A program made the translations under genes and the position numbers. Below the pieces are notes generated by a model, which was given only the letters and a program-made list of their open reading frames with translations, was not told the DNA's origin and did no database searches. Below are positions 19,211-29,925 of a stretch of DNA of 64,000 bases, in pieces. The stretch is from a virus. The stretch lies in IMG/VR virus record IMGVR_UViG_3300023180_000018. One strand, 5' to 3'. The stretch's first letter is position 1, and each line of letters opens with the position of its first letter.

Positions 19211-19737
19211 TATTGTACTCCCATTATTTGTACGTCAATAATTTCACCAGGTTGATACATAATTGGTCTAGTAACAGTATAACGACTGCCGTCGTTTAAT
19301 CTTACACGAATTTTATATCCTTCGACCACTGTGGTAGTAACAACTGTAGTTCTACCACTTGGCCTAAGCTCACAATTTTTAGTAGCGTTCTCAACTTTAT
19401 CATTGATATCATTACCAATTTTATTTCCAAGAATAGCACCAACAGCCATAGCGCCATATCTTCCTCGGCCATCACCTATTTTATCGCCAATCGCAATACC
19501 AATAGCTGAACCAAGAGCGCCAGTAGAACTACCAAATACTCTTCTAGAACTATCTTCTATCCAGCCACGTGCTACGTAATTGGTTTCACAAACTTCAATA
19601 ACATCATCCAAAGGAACGCGTTCGTAATAGTTACGTTCAATAGGTTGTGATCTTATCACCTCAGCTTGAATTGCTGCTGCTTGATTACACACAAATATAG
19701 CAAAAACGCTAACTAAAAATACAATAATTCTTTTCAT
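19210..19737 (-). CDS. Secreted glycine-zipper 2TM domain protein
   Basis: Signal peptide; GALGSAIGIAIGDKIGDGRGR...VGAILGNKIG. Confidence 0.75.
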   Translation of the reverse strand: MKRIIVFLVSVFAIFVCNQAAAIQAEVIRSQPIERNYYERVPLDDVIEVCETNYVARGWIEDSSRRVFGSSTGALGSAIGIAIGDKIGDGRGRYGAMAVGAILGNKIGNDINDKVENATKNCELRPSGRTTVVTTTVVEGYKIRVRLNDGSRYTVTRPIMYQPGEIIDVQIMGVQ

Positions 19738-19760
19738 ATCTTTTCCTCATTTATATGGCT

Positions 19761-19809
19761 ATTCTATACAAATTGGCCGAAAAAATATATAGCGTATAAG
19801 CTATTGATT
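19761..19809 (-). promoter_or_regulatory. Sigma70-type promoter with upstream IHF-consensus box
   Basis: TAGAAT at 19761-19766, weak -35, AATCAATAGCTTA at 19797-19809. Confidence 0.5.
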
Positions 19810-19818
19810 TAATTACGC

Positions 19819-20382
19819 TTATTCAACAGCATTATAATCTCTAAGATACTTAAACACTTCAGCAGCAGATGTTACACTAAATGGATCGTTTTCTGCATTA
19901 TCTTGCTTGCCTGGCTCAATAAACATTTTTTGAACTACTCCATTATTAATGACTGCTGCATATCTCCAAGATCTTTTTCCAAACCCTAGATTATCTTTTG
20001 CAACTAGCATTCCCATACCTTCAGTAAATAATCCAGATCCATCAGGAATCATTTTAACGCGTTCACAACCTTTACTTTTTGCCCAAGCATTCATTACAAA
20101 TGAATCATTTACAGATACGCAATAAATGTCATCAACGCCTTCATTACGAAAATTTTGAGCATGAAGTTCATATTCTGGTAATTGGTAAGTATCACACGTA
20201 GGAGTAAATGCACCTGGCAAACTAAAAATTACTACAAGTTTATTTGAAAAAATATCAGAAGTAGTAACGTCTTCCCATACATAGGGATTTTCTTGTCCAG
20301 GAATTTCATTCCCTTCTTCGTCTAATTCTGGCCTTCTTACTCTTGTTTTAAATGTCACGTTTGGTACAGCTTGTCCTTCCAT
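19819..20382 (-). CDS. Peroxiredoxin (Prx5-like)
   Basis: FSLPGAFTPTC, CVSVNDSFVMNAW, PDGSG, GKRSWRYA. Confidence 0.93.
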   Translation of the reverse strand: MEGQAVPNVTFKTRVRRPELDEEGNEIPGQENPYVWEDVTTSDIFSNKLVVIFSLPGAFTPTCDTYQLPEYELHAQNFRNEGVDDIYCVSVNDSFVMNAWAKSKGCERVKMIPDGSGLFTEGMGMLVAKDNLGFGKRSWRYAAVINNGVVQKMFIEPGKQDNAENDPFSVTSAAEVFKYLRDYNAVE

Positions 20383-20395
20383 TTTAGATTTCTCC

Positions 20396-20593
20396 TTATT
20401 GAATTATATCTAAATATTTTTCTAATTGATTGATTTCCAACATTTCTTTTATATCACTTGCAGACATATATCTTAAGCAACAATATAAAAGATGTTCTCC
20501 ATCTATATATCCAGCTTCTATATGCTTATAAAGTAAATCTCTTACATCAATCTGTTTACCATCGTTGAGTTGTATGTATTGTGTCATTTCCAA
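20396..20593 (-). CDS. Hypothetical protein
   Basis: Coupled ORF after gp41. Confidence 0.5.
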   Translation of the reverse strand: MEMTQYIQLNDGKQIDVRDLLYKHIEAGYIDGEHLLYCCLRYMSASDIKEMLEINQLEKYLDIIQ

Positions 20594-21978
20594 AGCTCAA
20601 ATACATTTTTATCTATTTTTTCTCGTTTTAATCCTTCGCCAAATGAAGTGTTATCCATTACTGGTTTATCATCAACAATACCTTGCTGAGCATTTTGTTC
20701 TACATCATATAGTTTCATCTTTGATCTATCAACACCAATAACAAATCTTCTATTAGATGAAGGATCGTTATAACGATTTTTTAATTGTTTAATCATCAGC
20801 TGATTTAAAGATTCTAACTCTTCATTTGATATTGCTGCTATCATAAAATCTGCAGTTGCAGGTAAACCAAATGATTCAGACGTATCTTCAAGTCCAACAT
20901 CAGAGTTTGTAAAACCAGTTCTATTTGTTTGAGTAGCACTGAATATAGGTAAGTTGTATTCTACAGCCAGGCCACGCAATTCTTCAGCAATAGATTTTAT
21001 ATAAGAATATGTGTTTACATTAGATCCCATTTTTAATCTTGATGAAATACAAAGATTAAGATAGTCAATGTAAATAACATCTGGCGTAAACTTTTTCTTC
21101 ATTTTTAATTCATTTAATAAATGTCGAAAATGACCAGATCCTACTGAAGCTGTAGGATATTCTTTGACAATTAATTTACCATTTGTTTTCTTTTGTACTA
21201 TATTTAATTTTTTTGAATAAGAATCTTTTGGTAATGTTTCCAAATCATTTAATGCAACATTCATTAAGTTAGCATCAATACGTTCTGCAATTCTTTCTTC
21301 AGCCATTTCTAACGTAATGTATAAAACATTTTTGCCCTGCATTAAATTAGATGCAGCAAAATGACACATCATTAATGTTTTACCTACGCCAGTACCCGCC
21401 AAAATCATATTAAGAGTTTTTCTAGGTACACCTCCACGTGTAATCTCATTCATATATTCAAGATCAAACGGTAATCTTTCTACAACCTTGTGATAAAAGT
21501 CATATCTTTCTTCAAAGTCTTCTAAGAAATCATGGCCAATATGATTATCAAAAGAAACTGCTAATGCATCTTGTAATATTTGTGGGATAGCACCTTTATC
21601 ATTATTAGATTTATTATCAATAATTTGTATGCTTTCCATTATAGCATTATATACTGCTTTATCCTGACAGTATTTTTCAGTTTGATATATCAACCATTCA
21701 TAATCAACATCATTTTTTGTAGTAATAATTTCTAGTGTTTTTAAACAATTTTCATATGTATCTTGATTAATATTAGCTTCATCTAATTCTATTTTTATAG
21801 CACTAGATGATGGTGCCATATTATACTTATCAAAATATTGTCTAATTGTGTTGAAGATTGTACGCTGATCAAAGTTTATAAAATATTCTTCTTTAATATA
21901 TGGTATTGATGCTCGAATATAATTTTCATCATTGATTAAACTCGATAAGATTAAATTTTCAATGTCTATATTCGTCAT
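20584..21978 (-). CDS. 41: Replicative DNA helicase (T4 gp41-like)
   Basis: Walker A AGTGVGKT, ITLEMAEE, IDYLN, SATQTNR, SESFGLPATAD, KNRY. Confidence 0.96.
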   Translation of the reverse strand: MTNIDIENLILSSLINDENYIRASIPYIKEEYFINFDQRTIFNTIRQYFDKYNMAPSSSAIKIELDEANINQDTYENCLKTLEIITTKNDVDYEWLIYQTEKYCQDKAVYNAIMESIQIIDNKSNNDKGAIPQILQDALAVSFDNHIGHDFLEDFEERYDFYHKVVERLPFDLEYMNEITRGGVPRKTLNMILAGTGVGKTLMMCHFAASNLMQGKNVLYITLEMAEERIAERIDANLMNVALNDLETLPKDSYSKKLNIVQKKTNGKLIVKEYPTASVGSGHFRHLLNELKMKKKFTPDVIYIDYLNLCISSRLKMGSNVNTYSYIKSIAEELRGLAVEYNLPIFSATQTNRTGFTNSDVGLEDTSESFGLPATADFMIAAISNEELESLNQLMIKQLKNRYNDPSSNRRFVIGVDRSKMKLYDVEQNAQQGIVDDKPVMDNTSFGEGLKREKIDKNVFELWK

Positions 21979-23048
21979 TCATTGCCCTCAATAAAATCAT
22001 TAATTTCTCTATCACGAATAATCGTGCTATGTGCTACTTGATATTTTGTTTTTACAAATTCTGGAAATTCTTTGGAAGAAAGAATGGGTTTCCAAAATTC
22101 AGAAGTATCAGTATCTTTGATTCTAAATTTCTTTTCTTCTACTTCCCCGCTTGATATATCCACTCTAGAATACCAACCATTACTAGGCTTTACTACGAAA
22201 CCGCCATCCATAGCAATATCCAAGAGACCAGACCACTTAGAAATACCACCGTCAAAAGAAACACTGACAGGTATTTTTGACTTTTCTTTAACATGGCGTG
22301 ATTTCTCTACGTTAATAATAAAATTATAACCAGTAACTTCGGTACCAGTTTTTTCTTGCTGACGACCAATGATGTAAATATTATCAGCGGAGTAGTAGGA
22401 GCCCGTTCCTCCGCCAACAATATCTTTAGGGAACAAACCAATTTCTTTGTACGTGTGGTTTACCACTACCATAGGAATATCTTTTAATGTAAGATGTGGT
22501 GTAACCATGCGGAACAATGATTTGATTTGCTTTGCTCTCGACATATCAGCAACTGACTTTTCATTCAAAGCATCTTCAACTTCTTTCTTTGAAGCAAGGT
22601 TACCAATAGAATCGATCACAATAATGACTCGCTCACCACGATCAAGTTGATCGAGTTGTTTCATAATATCAAATTTCAATTGCTCAACGTCAGTAATAGG
22701 CGTATGCAATACTCGATCTTTATCAATTTCAAACGAGTCAAAATATGATTGCGGAGTACCAAACTCAGAATCATAAAAAAGTAAAGCTGCATCTTCATAC
22801 TTGTCAAGGTATGACTTAGCCATCAATAAACTAAATGCAGTTTTAAAATGTTTAGAAGGACCAGCCCACATTGTAAGGCCAGGCGTTAAACCACCATCTA
22901 GTTTACCACTCAATGCAATGTTGATAACCGGAATAGATGTTGGGATCATATCTTTTTCTGTAAAAAACTTAGAGTCAACTAATAAAGCAGAATCTTTAAT
23001 AGTTGAATTTTTCTTAAGTTTATCTAATACACTCATGTAGTTCTCCAA
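21975..23048 (-). CDS. uvsX: RecA-like recombinase UvsX
   Basis: AGPSKHFKT, YDSEFG, DSIGNLASKKE, VNHTY, GGTG; start may be MSVLDK. Confidence 0.96.
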   Translation of the reverse strand: MENYMSVLDKLKKNSTIKDSALLVDSKFFTEKDMIPTSIPVINIALSGKLDGGLTPGLTMWAGPSKHFKTAFSLLMAKSYLDKYEDAALLFYDSEFGTPQSYFDSFEIDKDRVLHTPITDVEQLKFDIMKQLDQLDRGERVIIVIDSIGNLASKKEVEDALNEKSVADMSRAKQIKSLFRMVTPHLTLKDIPMVVVNHTYKEIGLFPKDIVGGGTGSYYSADNIYIIGRQQEKTGTEVTGYNFIINVEKSRHVKEKSKIPVSVSFDGGISKWSGLLDIAMDGGFVVKPSNGWYSRVDISSGEVEEKKFRIKDTDTSEFWKPILSSKEFPEFVKTKYQVAHSTIIRDREINDFIEGNE

Positions 23049-23063
23049 TATATAGTTTGTATA

Positions 23064-23765
23064 TTATACTGCATTATGATTTGTTTGTAAACCAGCTAAC
23101 CAAGATTCTATTTCCATTTCTTTAGGATTTTTAATTCTTGGTGCTCTTGGTATATCGTCTACGCTCGTTAACCCATTTGTAGATTTTCTATTCCACGCTA
23201 CAGCTTGAGGAGGATCACACAAATATAATGGCATTGTGGGTTTCATCATTAATCTTTTATCTACACCAAGAGTTACTCCATGTTCTTCTATTTCGTCAAT
23301 AAGAAACTGCGCTGTAGCAGGCGTAATAGAATATGCGTGACAACCTTTTCCTCTTTTTATCTCTGTTAATTTTTGTGCTGGACCAATTGGTTTATAATGT
23401 TCTATTTCCATTACATGATTTCCAAATGATACAACACTCATGTCCGGAATGTCTAGTGTTTTTACGTCACCAAGAATAATAGCATCGTGTTCTAATATAA
23501 TACATGGCTTTCCTAATTCTATAATTCTTTTCCAACATTTAATCATACTAGAATGGACGCAACAATTTCCATCTGTATTTTTATAATGTCTATGCATTTT
23601 TATACCAACAGAATTAAATGCATTTTTACAATCTAAAAACTCTACAGCATCAATAAATTCATATTTTAATCCATGTTCTTTGCACGAATCAGCACATCCT
23701 TGTGCGTATTCCATTGATAATGGAACTTGTAATCTTCTAATTATTAGTCCTCGGTCCACTTTCAT
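23064..23765 (-). CDS. Glycosyltransferase family 25-like protein
   Basis: FIDAV, CVHS, IILEHDA, GCHAYSITP, VD pattern of GT25 LPS glycosyltransferases. Confidence 0.6.
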   Translation of the reverse strand: MKVDRGLIIRRLQVPLSMEYAQGCADSCKEHGLKYEFIDAVEFLDCKNAFNSVGIKMHRHYKNTDGNCCVHSSMIKCWKRIIELGKPCIILEHDAIILGDVKTLDIPDMSVVSFGNHVMEIEHYKPIGPAQKLTEIKRGKGCHAYSITPATAQFLIDEIEEHGVTLGVDKRLMMKPTMPLYLCDPPQAVAWNRKSTNGLTSVDDIPRAPRIKNPKEMEIESWLAGLQTNHNAV

Positions 23766-24453
23766 ATACTATATCCATACATGGTTTATGGTTTGTAAAT
23801 TCACTACACATTTTTTGATGCGTAACTAAAAAATCATTGAAATCCTGCATTAAATTTTTATGTATAAGAATACCTGTCCATTGTCCATTCGTCATAGTTT
23901 TATCATGTATCATAAAATAATCTTCATGCGGAATAAATGTTCCAACATCAGGATCCATTTCATAAGAATGATTAGTGTGGCCAGGTCTTGCAGGATTATT
24001 ATTTTGGCAATCATGATATACTATAATATCAAATTTATGGTGTAACACATCAAGCGCGCTTCTTCTTGTTGATGCGTATTGATCTACAAATAAAAAATTA
24101 TAACCATCTGTATTTAAATTTGAATAATAGTTTTCAACTTCTTTTATTTTTTCTTTTGTCAACTCCCATCTTTTAGTATGAACACGAATACCATCGCCTA
24201 GAGTGTGCAGTATGAATTTATTATTTTCATCTTCACCAAATTCTTTTCTAACTTTATCATACCAAGATGCGTCATTTTCTATTGACAAAACTTTATTAGC
24301 GTAATTGCGAAAAACTTTAGTACTAAAGTTTCCACACCCTAATTCAATAACACCTGTAATATTATACGTACTGCATAGTGCAGCATTAACTGGTATATGA
24401 GATCCCCAGGATTCTGCTTGTTTTATTTTTGATAGCTCTGTTAGTATACTCAT
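23737..24453 (-). CDS. Methyltransferase-like protein
   Basis: VIELGCGNFST, SIEND..W, FLFVD, VYHD. Confidence 0.6.
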   Translation of the reverse strand: MSILTELSKIKQAESWGSHIPVNAALCSTYNITGVIELGCGNFSTKVFRNYANKVLSIENDASWYDKVRKEFGEDENNKFILHTLGDGIRVHTKRWELTKEKIKEVENYYSNLNTDGYNFLFVDQYASTRRSALDVLHHKFDIIVYHDCQNNNPARPGHTNHSYEMDPDVGTFIPHEDYFMIHDKTMTNGQWTGILIHKNLMQDFNDFLVTHQKMCSEFTNHKPCMDIVYESGPRTNN

Positions 24454-25319
24454 TTTGTTTGTCCGTCCAATCCTAAGTTATGTCCGTCGGTGGAACTATC
24501 CATCTTCATAATCTTATTATCATCTATTTGGTGTTTTCCATCTATAATAACAGGTTTTTTAGAATGAACTAATCCAGCATTTCCTGCTAGTAACAAACAG
24601 ATGGCCAGAGGATCAAAAACAGAAACCAATAAAATAATGATCCATCGAACTGCCACATCAAAATAATCTTTTGCTTGATCTCCATATATTAACTCTGCAA
24701 TATATTTTAATGGTCCTATTTCTGCTTCTAATTCTATTGATTGTTTCTTTAAAGGTATAAGCTCAATTTGGTACTCATCAATTCTTTCTTGTGCATTTCT
24801 TAATGATTGTTCTATTTCAGCACGTTCTTCTTTTTGTGATTGACGAACTGCAAGCGCACCTTCAGGTCCTCGTATTCTATCGTACTCGACAAGAGTTTGT
24901 ACTGTCTGGTCAAGACTTGTAAGTACGGTTTCTGCAGATCTAATATTTCTTTGTTCAGATTCAATTCTTCGTTCAAGTAACTGAATTTGTATATCATTAT
25001 TTCCACCTTGGTTTATCGTTTGATCTAAATGTGCTTTAGATAGATAACCAAAAATACCCATAGATGTTATTATAACTAAAACAATAACAGCTAGAATCAT
25101 ATATATTCGCATTAATAATGGTGCGATTATCCAATTTCTATATATCCAAGAAGCTGCTATAATTTTAGATGCCTCTAAAGAACCTGCCATTATAATGACA
25201 GACCACCATGCACCTGAAAAAATTGTAGCAATACCTATAACAGAAAAATAACCAGCAACTGCAGATAACAAAATACCCATACCCAAAGCCATTAAGCTTA
25301 TTGGTAGTGAAGGTTGCAT
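24450..25319 (-). CDS. Multi-TM membrane protein with coiled coil
   Basis: Three N-terminal TMs, ITSMGIFGYLSKAH, coiled coil, EIGPLKYIA, VFDPLA. Confidence 0.7.
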   Translation of the reverse strand: MQPSLPISLMALGMGILLSAVAGYFSVIGIATIFSGAWWSVIIMAGSLEASKIIAASWIYRNWIIAPLLMRIYMILAVIVLVIITSMGIFGYLSKAHLDQTINQGGNNDIQIQLLERRIESEQRNIRSAETVLTSLDQTVQTLVEYDRIRGPEGALAVRQSQKEERAEIEQSLRNAQERIDEYQIELIPLKKQSIELEAEIGPLKYIAELIYGDQAKDYFDVAVRWIIILLVSVFDPLAICLLLAGNAGLVHSKKPVIIDGKHQIDDNKIMKMDSSTDGHNLGLDGQTK

Positions 25320-25328
25320 TATACCTCC

Positions 25329-25670
25329 TTAGTTTTCTAAAATAGAAAGTAATTTTAACTTAAAAGCATTAATCTTATCTGTACGGTTAGGCCAATAAAT
25401 GTATTCTTTTTCTTCATTTGCAGCTAAATTATTTAATAGCGGTATAGTATGTTCATACAATAAATTTGATGTATGTTCCCAATGTTCAGCGCGCGCTTTC
25501 CAAAATTCTGCTTCATCAGTTGTTTGTTGAATTTCTTGCTTAACTTGTTGTACAGTTTGTAATTCTTCTTCGTTGACAATACTAAAACCAAAATCAAATG
25601 GTTCTAAATTAATAGGTTCAGTCATTGAAAAAATCCTCAAGAGTTGCTTTCTTTTCGTGATTCCAACCAA
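25329..25670 (-). CDS. Conserved hypothetical protein downstream of gp43
   Basis: FDFGFS...PLLNNL...EYIYWPNR; start probably MTEPIN. Confidence 0.6.
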   Translation of the reverse strand: MVGITKRKQLLRIFSMTEPINLEPFDFGFSIVNEEELQTVQQVKQEIQQTTDEAEFWKARAEHWEHTSNLLYEHTIPLLNNLAANEEKEYIYWPNRTDKINAFKLKLLSILEN

Positions 25671-28161
25671 TAGTATTTAAAATAACATTAACTGGATCTA
25701 AATATCCTTTAACGAATTGCATTTCATAATCTATATATTCTTCAAGCTTAAATTCTGTAGGTAAAGTATCTGGACAGGAAATAACCATATCGTGTAAAGG
25801 ATTTGGTTTTTTTAAATAAGAAAATTTAATCTTTTCTCCATCGTTAATTGATTCATATTTCTTGGTGAGATTATATTTATCTAAATAATGATTATATATC
25901 AATGCACCTTTCACTTGAATTGGTGTACCCTTTTTGTATATATTCTTTTTATCAGCATACGTATCCGGATATCTTTGGCCATCACTAGTTTCTTTCCACG
26001 TTAAAAAATTAACACTACGCGGAAAAGCTATTTGTTCAAATTTTAATGTATTAAATTCTTTTCTGATATCTGCAATATATTTTTGAACTACAGTTTCAGA
26101 CTCATTCATTATAAGTTCTAATGTTTTTTTAATATAATCACGACATACACCAGGAGTCGAAGATCTAATAGCTTCAATCCCCATCATTTTTAATTTAGGT
26201 TCATTATATCTAACACCTTCAGAATCATGCACATTCATGATGTAACGTTTTTTAGCAGTCCATATAGCTTTATCAGCAATGTTTTCTCGTTTCATAAACA
26301 TTTTTTGGCTGACTGCATTCATATAATCTGCAAGTTCTTCATAGCATTTATCAATATACGATTCAATTTTTGTCTTAGCAACCCTATCAAGAAATTCTAC
26401 AATTTCATTTGTTTGACCATTAGGTAAAACTTGATTTACTAATTCATCAAAAACAATATATACAGAATCAGTATCAACTGCTAATACATAATCCTTATCA
26501 TTTGTTTTTAATAACTTATTAAGATATTCATTTAACTTACGCTCAATCCATCTAATAGAAAGTTGGCCAGCTTTAGTAATAGCCTCAGCGTTTTCTAAAT
26601 CAAACCAACGAAAGTATTGATTAGCTAATGCACCATATGCAGAATTTAGTTGAATCTTTTTAGCAAGTTGTAGATTATGATATCGAGAAATATCAATTTC
26701 TAGTTCTTTAGTTGGTGTTTTTTCATATTCCTGTTTAGCTTCAATCATTTTTTGTTTATATTTTGTACGATCATCATACATTTCTTTCATCAGAGCTGGT
26801 AAAAATCCACGAACATCACGTCGATAAAACTGGCCATTTGGAGTCATTGTATAATCATATTTTTTTAAGACTTCAGTATCAATTTTTTTATCAAGTAAAT
26901 GATCGACAGATATATTACGAGTAAGATTATATAATTCAGCATTAGAACTTGCGCGAGTATCTGGTGAGATATTATATTGCTGAATAAGATGCGGATAAAG
27001 AGAATTTAAATCGAAAGACATTACCCACTTATGCATACCAGTAATAGGTTCTTTAACAAATCCACCTTCAATACTTCTATTCATTTCAGATATTGATCTT
27101 GGATTGATAACAACATTTTTATCAAGTAAATAGTTGTGTATTATTACATCCCATATCAATACTGAAGCGAGGGCATCTATATAATTAACTTTAGCATCAT
27201 ATGAAATTGCAAAAATTTGTTCAAGAAATCCTAGCTTTTCTTCAAGCATAAAAATCAAATCAGTATCACGAATATTATATTCAATGAATTTTTGAAAATT
27301 TTCTTTATACAACGCAAATAGATTACCATACTCTGAGTAATCTATTTTCTTAACGCCAAGTTCAACCTCAGCAATATAGTCTAGTCTATAAGATTCGCGA
27401 GGATCTAATTGAAATTTACGATATACAGCTAGATAATCTAAACAAGAAACACCTCCGATGTTGTATGTTATTTCTTCTTTAGAATTACGTCTAACAGTAT
27501 TCTTTGTAATAATTCCCCACGGCGATAATTTATTTACTGCGTCTTCATCCACAATTCTGCGGATACGATGTACAAGATAAGGAATATCAAAAAACTCAGT
27601 GTTCCATCCCGTAACGACATCAGCATCCAATTCATTCCAGATTTCAAGGAATTTACATAAGAGTTGATATTCATTTTTGCATTTAATATAGTAAGTATTT
27701 TTTTCATCTGTAACAAAATCTCCGCAACCAAGAATTATTTTTAGATCCCGTCTTCTTAACGAAATGGCAGTTACTTCTTTATCAGCGTGTAATGGCTCAG
27801 GAAAACCATCATCAGATGCAACCTCAATATCAATCAATACAATATTAATTTTAGAAGTATCAGGATTTAAATTCTTGTATGTATCATATATATAAATATA
27901 AGGCCAGCGGGTAAGACCATAAAATTCTTTTCCGCGAACTCCATCGTATAGTTTGAGTTCTTCGTGGCACTTTGAAATTGAATCATATAATTTAGGTTTT
28001 ACATTTTGTCCATATATATTATAGTAACCGGTATTTTGTTGGGATGGTTGATATAAAGTAGGTTCATATTTTACTTTACGTTGAAACCTACCGGTCTCAT
28101 CAAAACCTCGAACATAAATGTAATCGCCTTTAAATTTGGAGACGTTAGTATAAAATTCCAT
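25618..28161 (-). CDS. 43: DNA polymerase family B (T4 gp43-like)
   Basis: Exo DIEV, GWN..FDIPY; pol SFDLNSLYP, KIQLNSAYG, DTDS, KKRY; no intein seen. Confidence 0.98.
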   Translation of the reverse strand: MEFYTNVSKFKGDYIYVRGFDETGRFQRKVKYEPTLYQPSQQNTGYYNIYGQNVKPKLYDSISKCHEELKLYDGVRGKEFYGLTRWPYIYIYDTYKNLNPDTSKINIVLIDIEVASDDGFPEPLHADKEVTAISLRRRDLKIILGCGDFVTDEKNTYYIKCKNEYQLLCKFLEIWNELDADVVTGWNTEFFDIPYLVHRIRRIVDEDAVNKLSPWGIITKNTVRRNSKEEITYNIGGVSCLDYLAVYRKFQLDPRESYRLDYIAEVELGVKKIDYSEYGNLFALYKENFQKFIEYNIRDTDLIFMLEEKLGFLEQIFAISYDAKVNYIDALASVLIWDVIIHNYLLDKNVVINPRSISEMNRSIEGGFVKEPITGMHKWVMSFDLNSLYPHLIQQYNISPDTRASSNAELYNLTRNISVDHLLDKKIDTEVLKKYDYTMTPNGQFYRRDVRGFLPALMKEMYDDRTKYKQKMIEAKQEYEKTPTKELEIDISRYHNLQLAKKIQLNSAYGALANQYFRWFDLENAEAITKAGQLSIRWIERKLNEYLNKLLKTNDKDYVLAVDTDSVYIVFDELVNQVLPNGQTNEIVEFLDRVAKTKIESYIDKCYEELADYMNAVSQKMFMKRENIADKAIWTAKKRYIMNVHDSEGVRYNEPKLKMMGIEAIRSSTPGVCRDYIKKTLELIMNESETVVQKYIADIRKEFNTLKFEQIAFPRSVNFLTWKETSDGQRYPDTYADKKNIYKKGTPIQVKGALIYNHYLDKYNLTKKYESINDGEKIKFSYLKKPNPLHDMVISCPDTLPTEFKLEEYIDYEMQFVKGYLDPVNVILNTIGWNHEKKATLEDFFND

Positions 28162-28187
28162 TGATACACCTTTTAAGTATGTAGTAG

Positions 28188-28216
28188 ATTATAAAGCAAA
28201 TCACACAAAAAGTAAA
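28188..28216 (-). promoter_or_regulatory. Sigma70-type promoter upstream of gp43
   Basis: TTTACT-17 nt-TATAAT. Confidence 0.6.
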
Positions 28217-28231
28217 TAGGTTGGGATCAAA

Positions 28232-28579
28232 ATGGCAGCAAAAAAAGATAAAACAGTAGACGATAATTTGGCCGCGGCAGATTTAAATGGTGATGGCCAT
28301 ATTTCTATGGAAGAAGTTGAAGCACATATGAATCTTGAATTTAAAAGAAAAGAATTAGAAGATCAAGACGCACAACGAGATGCTATTCGTAAAATGGCGT
28401 GGTTTTCACTAGGTGGTCTTTTGTTATATCCATTTGGAATTTTTATGACATCGTTATTTGGATTAGACGGGGCAGCGAGTTTGATTGCAGACATTGCACC
28501 CACATACTTTGCATCTATTGCCGTATTAGTCTCTGCATTCTTTGCAGCTGATGCGGTAGGGAACAAGAAAAAGGATTAA
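28232..28579 (+). CDS. EF-hand-like loop plus two-TM membrane protein
   Basis: DLNGDGHISMEE loop followed by two hydrophobic helices. Confidence 0.65.
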   Translation: MAAKKDKTVDDNLAAADLNGDGHISMEEVEAHMNLEFKRKELEDQDAQRDAIRKMAWFSLGGLLLYPFGIFMTSLFGLDGAASLIADIAPTYFASIAVLVSAFFAADAVGNKKKD

Positions 28580-28582
28580 ATC

Positions 28583-29362
28583 GTGGCACAGTGGAATAAA
28601 AATAGTCAGAGTTACCTAGCAAACGGTACCACACTGTTTGAAGCAGTAATGATTGCTGATAAAGATGGTAACATTCTCAACACTGCGGGTTCAGCCTCAA
28701 ACATTCCCATTGCCACCGGTGGAGTGACTGGTTATTCTCACATCAATAAATTTGGTTATCGTTCAACCCTCGCTACCACTGGGTTCGAAACTATATGGGA
28801 CGGGGCTGCATCAAACTATACATACCAAACCGTTGGTACTGCAATAGCAACATCTGACGCAGCTGCGTCGGCCGATGATACTAAAGAAGTCAACATTCAA
28901 GGTTTGGATGAAAACTACAATGAAGTCAGTGAAACAATTACAATTGGTGGTGGTGCATCAACGGCACAATTCTCACGAGTTTTTCGTGCAAGAATGGTAT
29001 CAGAAAATAACGACGGTAACGTTACAATAACCACGACGGGTACTGTTGCATATATTCAAGAAGATGCGGGTCAAACTCTTATGGCAGTTTACACCATTCC
29101 CGCAGGCAAAACTGGTTATCTGATTAAACTCCACGGTACTGTGGACAAAAATCAAGATGCTATCTTTAGATTAGTCTCTCGTGACTTCGGTACTACCGTG
29201 TTCAATGTCAAAGGGCAGTTTGGTGTCTTTGCCAATAGTTTCGACTACGATTATCCCGTTCCCTTAGTTTTCTCAGAAAAAACTGATATAGAAGTAAGAG
29301 CAGATGCCGGTAACTCTATGGGTGGTGGTGCACTCTTCGATATTATCTTAGTTGACAATTAA
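28583..29362 (+). CDS. Hypothetical protein, probably virion-associated
   Basis: Thr/Gly/Ala-rich; INKFG, QGLDENY, GQTLMAVYTIPAGKTGY, EKTDIEVRA. Confidence 0.6.
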   Translation: MAQWNKNSQSYLANGTTLFEAVMIADKDGNILNTAGSASNIPIATGGVTGYSHINKFGYRSTLATTGFETIWDGAASNYTYQTVGTAIATSDAAASADDTKEVNIQGLDENYNEVSETITIGGGASTAQFSRVFRARMVSENNDGNVTITTTGTVAYIQEDAGQTLMAVYTIPAGKTGYLIKLHGTVDKNQDAIFRLVSRDFGTTVFNVKGQFGVFANSFDYDYPVPLVFSEKTDIEVRADAGNSMGGGALFDIILVDN

Positions 29363-29385
29363 ATTTAATTTGAGGATTTTATATA

Positions 29386-29925
29386 GTGTTTAATGATTTT
29401 TTAGTAATGGATAGAGTTATATCACACGCTTTTCTTGGTATTTTTGATCAGTTTGAATTTAAAAACGTTGGTACGCATTTAAATACATCTAGTGTTACAT
29501 ATTCTCTTTTAGACAAAAAAAATAAGATTAAATATACCGGAGATAAATTACTTAACAGTGAATTAGTAGAAGAATTTTTTTATAGCTACTGTCCTTTATT
29601 ATGTGAAAAATATTGTGAAATAGAAACCGGTCCATTAAACAAAGTAACCTCATTTACTTTCTCACTCTCATCTTATAATTCTAATGACGGTATTCCTTAC
29701 TATAATGTGCCTTCTAATAATTTTTTTAATGCTATAATTTATATTTCTACTGATGGTTTAGGAATTGATTTACACGATGGAAAAACAAAAGAATCGTTTA
29801 AACACATAGACTGGCGTAAGAATAGAGCATTTTTTTATAAAAGAACAAATGATTCTATAATTGGACAAAATACTATGAAAAATTCGCGTATATTAACAAT
29901 GAGCTTACAAAATGATAACTTATGA
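29386..29925 (+). CDS. Degenerate 2OG-Fe(II) oxygenase-like protein
   Basis: AIIYIS, G, IDWRKNRAFFY shared with paralogues; HxD not evident. Confidence 0.45.
   Translation: MFNDFLVMDRVISHAFLGIFDQFEFKNVGTHLNTSSVTYSLLDKKNKIKYTGDKLLNSELVEEFFYSYCPLLCEKYCEIETGPLNKVTSFTFSLSSYNSNDGIPYYNVPSNNFFNAIIYISTDGLGIDLHDGKTKESFKHIDWRKNRAFFYKRTNDSIIGQNTMKNSRILTMSLQNDNL

Noticed and set aside
2429-28161. Introns or inteins in nrdA, gp41 or gp43
   Set aside because: Reading frames are continuous and of normal length with no intein or homing-endonuclease motifs seen
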